Origin: a virus
Strand: one strand, 5' to 3'
DNA length: 64,000 bases
IMG/VR virus record: IMGVR_UViG_3300037156_000058
Span: 4,692 to 68,691 of that record
The notes beneath the pieces were generated by a model, which had not been told where the DNA came from, made no database searches, and was given only the letters and a program-made list of their open reading frames with translations. Below, one piece after another: positions 57,354-64,000 of this stretch. A program made the position numbers and the translations under genes. How positions within the stretch are numbered: position 1 is the stretch's first letter; every line of letters starts with the position of its first letter.

Positions 57354-57623
57354 TTGGGGAATCAATTCCCCAACCCCCCACAAATAAGTCCCATAGAATC
57401 AACGTTGGGGAAATTGGGGAAAGTTGCTGACCGCCAGCCCTCATGCACGTAAAGCTACAACACGAGCAACACACAGTAACAACAGAATTACGGCTCTTAT
57501 GTGAGTCCCATATTATTTCCCCAATTCCCCAATTTCATACTGAAATCTTTTGTACCTGAAAGAAAATTAAGAAGTTAACTATTTGGGGAATTGCTTGGGG
57601 AATGGTTGGGGAAACGTGGGGAA
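57354..57623. repeat. iteron-like TTGGGGAA array, putative replication origin
   Basis: Nine exact copies in both orientations plus one near copy, with an AT-rich spacer, directly after the ATPase gene. Confidence 0.65.
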
Positions 57624-58024
57624 TTGGAAATATACCTCGGAGCCCACTCGCCGCCCCACCCCAAAACCCCCACGACGAATCGCCAGACCACCGTATTTAG
57701 CGTTTACAGCCCCGCCAGCGATTTCCGTGTGTACTGGGTGCGGAAAACCCCCAACGATTGAAATTTACCGTGGTTCTGTGATACTGGAGGCCATCCTGCA
57801 TTCACACCGTACCAACAATTCTCGATAGGGGGGCGACGTGTGAGGTACTTGGTTCAGGCCCCCGGTACCTCATGGTGGCAAGGAGATGGCTAGGAGGGTA
57901 GATGGCACAGGTCTACGTCTACAGCGTAGTCCTCGTCTATACCTGGAAGTAGTCCTTCGACAAGGAGTAGACCTACCTTGTCCTGTTGTTGATAACACTA
58001 GACTTACTGGGGTATACTGTAGCT

Positions 58025-58174
58025 ATGAAGACAGCAGAGCAGGTTCAGGCAAGGATTGAAGAGTTGATGAAGTGCCGAGAGGTGCTGAAGGACGCGAAGC
58101 CAGCCAGGGAAGACTGCGAAGCTCGGATCAATACCTTGCGTTGGGTTCTGGACATCGTCACACGGAAGTTCTGA
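58025..58174 (+). CDS. 49-aa protein, apparently leaderless
   Basis: TTGATA-18-TATACT-6 nt-ATG; RINTLRWVL phage motif. Confidence 0.65.
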   Translation: MKTAEQVQARIEELMKCREVLKDAKPAREDCEARINTLRWVLDIVTRKF

Positions 58175-58241
58175 CCACAACCTGTAGTGATCAGGCGCTT
58201 TACGCCGCAAAGCACGCCAGTAAACCCTTTGTTTTCAATCA

Positions 58242-58269
58242 ACTTCCGATAACAGCCATTATGTCAAAT
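58242..58269 (+). other. dif-like XerC/XerD recombination site
   Basis: ACTTCCGATAA-CAGCCA-TTATGTCAAAT (11-6-11); right arm matches E. coli dif TTATGTTAAAT at 10/11; intergenic. Confidence 0.75.
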
Positions 58270-58310
58270 TATCCCGCTTTTTGGCTGTAAATCGCTGAAA
58301 ACTTAGGCGT

Positions 58311-58751
58311 TTATTCTCCAGGAGCGCCGTCAACGATGATCGTAATGCCGGCCTTAGCTGGTTTACCGTGCTCATCGAGCATCTGGAGTGCTGTACGGTC
58401 GCCGTAACGGTTCGGAGCGAGCTTCGAGGCCACCCAGCGTCTCTGTTCGATCCGGAGCTTAGACCGTGCAACCCACTCAGAATCGACCTTCGCATCGCCA
58501 TTTCCGGCCGTCGTAGTGTCCCTGGAAGCGTCGTCTGCGATCTCAGTTGCTTCGTCGATCAAAGCATCGCAGCCCAACCCGCGTGCACGCGCAAACTTGT
58601 TTCCCCACTCTTCCGATTCAGCCCAATCGAGCACCGTAAATCGAGACGGCATATCGGGATCGCGGCAGATTGCAGAGAGAGTTTCACCATGGCTCAAACG
58701 GACTAAGATCCGCTCTTTCACCTCGTCGCCGTAGATTGCAATTCCTGCCAT
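58311..58751 (-). CDS. terS: terminase small subunit (Sf6-like)
   Basis: GETLSAIC.DPDMPS..TV..W...ARAR...EIADD...RSKLRIE.RRW.ASKLAP.RYGD. Confidence 0.9.
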   Translation of the reverse strand: MAGIAIYGDEVKERILVRLSHGETLSAICRDPDMPSRFTVLDWAESEEWGNKFARARGLGCDALIDEATEIADDASRDTTTAGNGDAKVDSEWVARSKLRIEQRRWVASKLAPNRYGDRTALQMLDEHGKPAKAGITIIVDGAPGE

Positions 58752-58792
58752 GTGGAGATTTTAGCGCGTTTGCAGTCATGTGGCGAGATATG

Positions 58793-59179
58793 TCACTGAT
58801 TAAGTAATCGGGTTATATGGGAATTTAACTCCTCAGTCCAGCGAAACCACTCGCCAACCGAACGAAGTTTTGCAAATGAATTATGGACCTGCCGTTCTAG
58901 TTTGCGGGTTCCGTGGATTGCGCCGATTAACCGCAACGTAGATTGCATGGCGTTCCTGGGAATTGCTACGCACGGCGTGCAGCAACGTAAAGACTGGATG
59001 CGTTTTTGCGGATTTTGCGACCATCCGATTTTGACGTAACCGAAACCTGTAACGATGGATTGACAATGGGCGAAATATACATAGCCAGCCTTTGCAATTT
59101 TGGTTTTTGGTTTGCGCTTCCTTCGGGTAATAGGGCATGGGTCCAATCCATCCAGGATTCGCCTTACTGAGGTTTTCAT
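58793..59179 (-). CDS. T5orf172-type GIY-YIG protein
   Basis: GYVYF...VKIGWS..P.KR...L...E...H..F...R..GEWF; ATGA overlap start. Confidence 0.85.
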   Translation of the reverse strand: MKTSVRRILDGLDPCPITRRKRKPKTKIAKAGYVYFAHCQSIVTGFGYVKIGWSQNPQKRIQSLRCCTPCVAIPRNAMQSTLRLIGAIHGTRKLERQVHNSFAKLRSVGEWFRWTEELNSHITRLLNQ

Positions 59180-59322
59180 AGCGGCTTCAGGCTTTCGCGT
59201 TTTGCTCTGCTGAGTTGTTCGGAGACTCTCGCACGGCAGCGTTTGCAGTCGAGTCTGGGTTTGCGGTGGCACGGTTTTGGGCCTGGCCGTTTTTTCGGGA
59301 TTGGGCGTGATTGATCTTGCAT
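59176..59322 (-). CDS. 48-aa basic Cys/His protein (not in ORF track)
   Basis: MQDQSRPIPKKRPGPKPCHRKPRLDCKRCRARVSEQLSRAKRESLKPL*; TAAACT 7 nt before ATG; coupled to the next gene. Confidence 0.55.
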   Translation of the reverse strand: MQDQSRPIPKKRPGPKPCHRKPRLDCKRCRARVSEQLSRAKRESLKPL

Positions 59323-59329
59323 ATCTGCA

Positions 59330-59396
59330 AGTTTACAGCAATCAAAAGAAAGTTTGCAAATAGTTCTTGCAATCGTCTTGCAATTAAGTTTATGAT
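59330..59396. promoter_or_regulatory. divergent promoter pair with repeated TTGCAA
   Basis: Leftward TTGCAA-18-TAAACT; rightward TTGCAA-18-TATGAT; three exact TTGCAA palindromes. Confidence 0.6.
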
Positions 59397-59555
59397 GGTT
59401 TTGTCACCGAGACACAAACGCAATCGCGAAACTCCGCGAGGCGTTGAAGACTCTCGAAGTGGACACGCTCGACGCGGCGGAACTCCTGGGGGAATAGATG
59501 CCGATCACCATCAAAGGAATCCGGCTGGAGACAACCGGAAGATAAGGAGATTACC

Positions 59556-60356
59556 ATGCAGAAAAAGACTGAAGAATTTGGGGACGCCTACAAGGCCGTC
59601 CGAATGATCTACGACAATTCACCGGGTCGAAGCTGGCAAAGGCTGAACGGATCTCTCGCGGGAACACTCGCGTCCGCCATTGAAGCGCACCTGTCATTCC
59701 TTCCCGGCGACTTCTCTCTCATGCGGCGAACGATGAGCGGTCACTACTGGATGGGAAACAGTGAAGGCGATGTTTGCGGGGAGCGGTTTTATTCAATGGC
59801 TGTTAAGTTCGGACACACTCCCGCGTGCATCTCTTTCGAGCAGTACGCAGAACGGCCTGCGGCGCTGTGGCCTGAAGACGTGAAGACTCCAGCACGTCTG
59901 TGCATCGGGTCCGATATGCACTGGCAAGGCATCAAGGTCGCCGTTACAAACATCCGCGAGAACCATCTGATTCTGTGCTCGTACAAAGAATACGACAGCA
60001 TGAAACTTGAAATCGGATCGACGAAATGGATCGATGACAAGTACCGCAAAGTTACGGGCGTGCAGCGCCACGAAGACGGCCTGACGGTTGCTTTCGGTTC
60101 CGAGGTGAAGCGCGAAGACTTGCGCAAGGTTGATCGCCGATTCAAAGTCACATTCGCGGACCTGAAGACGGCGCGCAAAGTATTCGATGACCGGCAGAAA
60201 CAGGCTATCGCCCTGATCGACTCGGCCACCGACAAAGAATCACTCGCGTTGAAATCGTTGGCTGCTGGGAAATTGGGACCGGTTCGCCCGTTCGACCTCA
60301 AGGCAGTTAATGACGCGATTGCGGCCAAGGAAAAATCATTCGAGGTTACACGATGA
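59556..60356 (+). CDS. hypothetical early protein
   Basis: TAAGGAG RBS; 266 aa. Confidence 0.8.
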   Translation: MQKKTEEFGDAYKAVRMIYDNSPGRSWQRLNGSLAGTLASAIEAHLSFLPGDFSLMRRTMSGHYWMGNSEGDVCGERFYSMAVKFGHTPACISFEQYAERPAALWPEDVKTPARLCIGSDMHWQGIKVAVTNIRENHLILCSYKEYDSMKLEIGSTKWIDDKYRKVTGVQRHEDGLTVAFGSEVKREDLRKVDRRFKVTFADLKTARKVFDDRQKQAIALIDSATDKESLALKSLAAGKLGPVRPFDLKAVNDAIAAKEKSFEVTR

Positions 60357-60423
60357 GCACACTGAACGAAGACGACGTGTGGATTGCTGAGGCGGAAGCC
60401 GTCCTGAAGTCATTGGAGGCCGC

Positions 60424-60618
60424 ATGAAATCGGCCCAACTCAGTGCTCTCAAGTCTGCCGAACGTTTCGTAATCGGCGCGATGGACGTGACAGATCCCAT
60501 TGAGAAATCTGCGTTCGTCCGTCAGTACGGTCTGGAGACGAAGCAGATCATCCAGAGGGCAATAGTTGACGCGGAACTTCAGCCCGACCTGCGGGTGGAG
60601 ATGCCGGTCCTGCGATAG
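60424..60618 (+). CDS. hypothetical protein
   Basis: GGAGG RBS. Confidence 0.6.
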   Translation: MKSAQLSALKSAERFVIGAMDVTDPIEKSAFVRQYGLETKQIIQRAIVDAELQPDLRVEMPVLR

Positions 60619-60724
60619 TTTTCCTACCTTGGTAAGCAGGAACAAAGCGGGTGGCTTCACGACCCGTAACGAGCGCGGCGGGTATCCCGCGCACAAATTT
60701 AACAGCAGGGTATATGATAGCGGC

Positions 60725-60919
60725 ATGACGCAAAAAGATATCGATCTGGCCCTCGTGCCGACCCCAAAGCTGTACTCCGAGATCGGCAAGCGACGGGCGG
60801 CACTGGTGTCACCCGCGAATCGATACAAGGGCGGGAAAGGTCGCAAAGCTTGTGTTTGCGGCGATTGCCCGGCCTGCAAAAAAAGATCGAAAATAGTTTC
60901 GCAGCGTGTTGACATTTAG
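60725..60919 (+). CDS. basic Cys-cluster protein, apparently leaderless
   Basis: TATGAT-6 nt-ATG; CVCGDCPAC. Confidence 0.55.
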   Translation: MTQKDIDLALVPTPKLYSEIGKRRAALVSPANRYKGGKGRKACVCGDCPACKKRSKIVSQRVDI

Positions 60920-60937
60920 TTAGCATGGTGATTTACT
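60909..60937 (+). promoter_or_regulatory. sigma70-like promoter
   Basis: TTGACA-17-TTTACT with TG extension; GGGAGGG RBS downstream. Confidence 0.55.
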
Positions 60938-61098
60938 TAATTCAGGTCACAGATTGAGTGACTGAGAGCCTGGGAGGGCAAAATGAAACTCTTAAATCCT
61001 GCATTTGTGAGCGGCACGGTAGTCTGGATCGGGCAGCGCATCGACGATGCCGCTGAATTTTGCGCTGATGATCCATCGGCCTACATGGAGGTCACCCG

Positions 61099-61731
61099 AT
61101 GACTCCGCGCACTGTCGATCTCAGTAAGTACGACATCACCGCAATGCGGTTATGGTACGGGAGCGCTCCCGCATGGACCGACGAAGAGGTATACGCGATG
61201 TATACGACCTATGTCGGGCTGGCGCCGCTGATAAACGAATCGCGCACGGAGTCCTCCGCTCCGCTCCATCCCTCGGGGGAAGGGAGCGCGAATCCCCCAA
61301 TAAATCTGCACCCGCTATTCGGAACGATCCTTGCCTCGCAGCTGGTCGCGGCAGCCATCGTACAGGATGCGATGGCCGACCAATCGCAGGGCGGCATCGG
61401 CCATATAGCTCCGGCCCCGCTGGTGACTCCACCCGAGACCGTGGTTGAGCGGTTCTACCGCGTTGCGCGGGCGGCACACGCAGCGGCGTATGACTGCACA
61501 TGCGACCGCGACCCCTTGGCCCTCTGCGCCGTGGTAGAGCACCAGCCGACGTACATCACACAGCGTCCGGATCTTGAAAACGAGGTATGGAACGATATGC
61601 TTGCCGACTGCCTGGCGGATTGTGAGGAATCGAATCGCAAGCTGGAGTTGGACGGCGACTGGACCGCACACGAGGAAGCGGAATTCGAGCGCGGTTTTGA
61701 TGCGGCGCATAGCGCCAGAGAGGAAAGGTAA
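61099..61731 (+). CDS. hypothetical protein
   Basis: GGAGG RBS. Confidence 0.65.
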   Translation: MTPRTVDLSKYDITAMRLWYGSAPAWTDEEVYAMYTTYVGLAPLINESRTESSAPLHPSGEGSANPPINLHPLFGTILASQLVAAAIVQDAMADQSQGGIGHIAPAPLVTPPETVVERFYRVARAAHAAAYDCTCDRDPLALCAVVEHQPTYITQRPDLENEVWNDMLADCLADCEESNRKLELDGDWTAHEEAEFERGFDAAHSAREER

Positions 61732-61980
61732 TCATGAATTGCCAAAATTGCAGGTTTTGGAGCCAAGACGCCGAGAACCTGATCCGCAAATATACTGAGG
61801 AAATATGAGCGAAACCATGGAACTTACGGTAGTCAACGCGCAGAACGCAGTGCAGATATTCACGGGCGGAGGGCTCGATGCTATCCTCGCCGGGATCGAG
61901 GGTCAGGTCCGGGCGTGGAGACTCGCGCCCGCAGTTGGTTGGGGATTGTTTGCGATGGTGATTCTTTGCGGATGGGGGAG

Positions 61981-62457
61981 ATGAGTATGGAGAGAAAATA
62001 TGTAGCTGGTTTTTTGTTCAGAGATGAACGCGACGAGGTGGCGCTGATTCACAAGACACATGGGCCAGATTGCGTGATCGGGAAGTGGAATGCCATCGGC
62101 GGCAAGATCCGTAAGGGAGAACCTGGTTTACCCGATGAATCGAGCGCTGCTGCCATGTGGCGTGAGTTTATGGAAGAGGCTGGAGTGGATGTTTCATGGA
62201 CGCTCTTCCTTACCTTGAGAGGGCCGGGCTGGTCAGTGGATTTCTATCATGCGTTCTCCAGCGTCGCACTGTCTAAGATCCGCACCTGCGAAGCGGAGAC
62301 TGTCATGTCCTTTCATCTAAGCATGATGCCGGAAACAGTCCCGAATCTTAAGTGGATCATCCCGATGGCTCTCGGCCACGAAGACGATCACGTATGGGTT
62401 TACGATGTGATCGAAAAGGAAACCTTTGCGCCGCGATCACAGGCGGGGAGGCCCTAG
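61981..62457 (+). CDS. NUDIX hydrolase
   Basis: WNAIGGK...E....AM.REF.EEAG Nudix box with a short insertion. Confidence 0.85.
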   Translation: MSMERKYVAGFLFRDERDEVALIHKTHGPDCVIGKWNAIGGKIRKGEPGLPDESSAAAMWREFMEEAGVDVSWTLFLTLRGPGWSVDFYHAFSSVALSKIRTCEAETVMSFHLSMMPETVPNLKWIIPMALGHEDDHVWVYDVIEKETFAPRSQAGRP

Positions 62458-63471
62458 ATGACCGCATCCCAGCCGCTGGTTACTGGTGCCATCATTTCGC
62501 CCGGAATTTACTACGATCTGTCTGCGGCGGAATATCACGCCGCGCCGGGCCTGAGCCACAGCGCCATGAAGCATCTTGCCGTGAGCCCGTATAGGTTCTG
62601 GCACAACTGCGTAAATCCCGAACGGGAGCCAATTGAGCCGACGCCTGCAATGATCTTCGGATCGGCGCTGCATTCAGCCACGTTAGATGATGAAGCGACG
62701 TTCGATGCTCAATTCTGCTGTGAGTACGCGCCTCCGGAAGGCGCTCTCGATACCGTCCCGCAACTCCGCGACTGGCATCTTATGGCTACAGGGAATAAGG
62801 CCAAAGGCACCGCGAAAGAAGAGGTAGCCGCGCAGGTCCGGAGTATCAGCGGTCATCCGCCGATTGTGATGGACGAAGAGAAACGGCATTTCGTGGCCAA
62901 CGAAGGCAAGACGATCCTGAAGTCCTACGACTGGCAACGCCTGACGGAATGCACGCAGGCGTTAGCACGTGAGCCGGAGTTTCAGCGATTGCGGCATGGA
63001 GGCCGGAACGAGGTCAGCTACTTCGTCACGGACCCCGAGACCGGCGTGCTCCTGAAGGCGCGGATGGACTGTGTGACGCCGACGCACTCGCTGGACCCGA
63101 AAACATTTTCGTCGAAGGGCAAGACCATCGACAAAGCCGTGTGCGATGCGATCTACTACGAGAGCTACAACCGCCAGGCGTGGCTATATACCTACATTCG
63201 GCATTTGGCCGGCGAAGGATCGCCGGATTGGGTGAACGTGTTTATCGAGAGCGAGCAGCCGCACGAGGTCCGCATCAAGCGGTTGTCGCGCAACGACGCC
63301 ACCGCGCACGAGAATCTGTATTGGTCCACGGCGCGGATCGAAACTCAGCGGTTGATGTGGTTGTATGCGGAGTGCAAGGCTAAGTTTGGCGACAAACCGT
63401 GGCGCACGGATGCGAGTATAGAGACGCTTGAGGATCAGGATATCCCGGCGCTGGCGTGGGGAAAACTATGA
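62458..63471 (+). CDS. RecE/exonuclease VIII-like PD-(D/E)XK nuclease (DUF3799-like)
   Basis: PGIY....EYHA...LS.S..K...SP; FGSALH; KARMD...DPKT; Y.RQA..Y. Confidence 0.85.
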   Translation: MTASQPLVTGAIISPGIYYDLSAAEYHAAPGLSHSAMKHLAVSPYRFWHNCVNPEREPIEPTPAMIFGSALHSATLDDEATFDAQFCCEYAPPEGALDTVPQLRDWHLMATGNKAKGTAKEEVAAQVRSISGHPPIVMDEEKRHFVANEGKTILKSYDWQRLTECTQALAREPEFQRLRHGGRNEVSYFVTDPETGVLLKARMDCVTPTHSLDPKTFSSKGKTIDKAVCDAIYYESYNRQAWLYTYIRHLAGEGSPDWVNVFIESEQPHEVRIKRLSRNDATAHENLYWSTARIETQRLMWLYAECKAKFGDKPWRTDASIETLEDQDIPALAWGKL

Positions 63472-63579
63472 GCGAATCAACGACCAAAGGATTTGAGATG
63501 ACAGAAACGGAGATTATGGACGCATCTATCAAGGTCATCCAGTTGCCGATTCGTTGGCAAGAACGGAGAGCGGCATAAA

Positions 63580-64000
63580 ATGTGCAATTTCGCCTCATTC
63601 GTGCTGACAAAAGACCGTGAGTTCTGGTCTGACACATCCGACTCGCATACGGATATCATCCGTGAGCACTCCCTATGTGAGGATGGAGCGCGCGGAGTAA
63701 ATATTATCCGCGTGGAGATTTCCCCGACGGACAAGATCAAGATTTGGCCTTCGCTGAAAGCGTGGTCGTACAAGGTCGACCAGGACATCTTACCGGAGTG
63801 GCACATTCGGGAGACGACCGAGAAGCGCACGCGCGCGGCGTTGGCGCGCCGATTTAAGTCAGGGTTCACGCGGCTGGACCTGAGCGGCTGTACCGGACTC
63901 ACCGAGGTATCCGCCCCGGCCGCGACCGTACTGGACCTGAGCGGCTGTACCGGACTCACCGAGGTATCCGCCCCGGCCGCGACCGTACTGGACCTGAGCG
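63580..64000 (+). CDS. leucine-rich-repeat protein, partial (runs off window)
   Basis: MCNFASFVLTKD...VDQDILPEW N-domain, then LDLSGCTGLTEVSAPAATV repeats. Confidence 0.8.
   Translation, partial: MCNFASFVLTKDREFWSDTSDSHTDIIREHSLCEDGARGVNIIRVEISPTDKIKIWPSLKAWSYKVDQDILPEWHIRETTEKRTRAALARRFKSGFTRLDLSGCTGLTEVSAPAATVLDLSGCTGLTEVSAPAATVLDLS
63874..64000 (+). repeat. perfect 57-bp tandem repeat (at least 2.2 copies)
   Basis: Units start at 63874, 63931 and 63988. Confidence 0.95.

Noticed and set aside
63874-64000. Possible CRISPR array or DGR repeat
   Set aside because: Contiguous in-frame coding repeats without spacers; no cas or reverse transcriptase gene in the window.
1-64000. Stop-codon reassignment
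   Set aside because: Core genes are full length in the standard code, and TAA, TAG and TGA all end genes at coupled junctions.

Overview
The whole window reads as a tailed dsDNA phage or prophage with podovirus-like gene content. I see no cellular housekeeping genes, rRNA, tRNA, CRISPR array or reverse transcriptase. Layout: (1) 1-6.5 kb, + strand small accessory ORFs (VRR-NUC end, Lar-like, ABA-sandwich). (2) 6.5-51.8 kb, a long - strand late region with lysis genes, three large fibre/spike-like proteins, ejection proteins, tail and adaptor proteins, major capsid, scaffold, portal and TerL, interrupted by free-standing homing-endonuclease-like genes and a serine recombinase. (3) 52-57.3 kb, a + strand replication module (SF2 helicase, VRR-NUC, CHC2 zinc finger, P-loop ATPase) followed by an iteron-like array. 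(4) 58.2-59.3 kb, a dif-like XerCD site and TerS. (5) 59.5-64 kb, + strand early genes (NUDIX, RecE-like nuclease, LRR protein). Strongest leads: three fibre/depolymerase-like late proteins carry apparent Sec signal peptides with Gln at +1, suggesting export-dependent appendage maturation or secreted depolymerases; a dif-like site with no integrase in view; several promoter-anchored closed-stem RNA candidates; a set of apparently leaderless genes; and many duplicated or truncated gene-start stubs. Product calls come from motif reading and synteny only. No database search or RNA folding was run.
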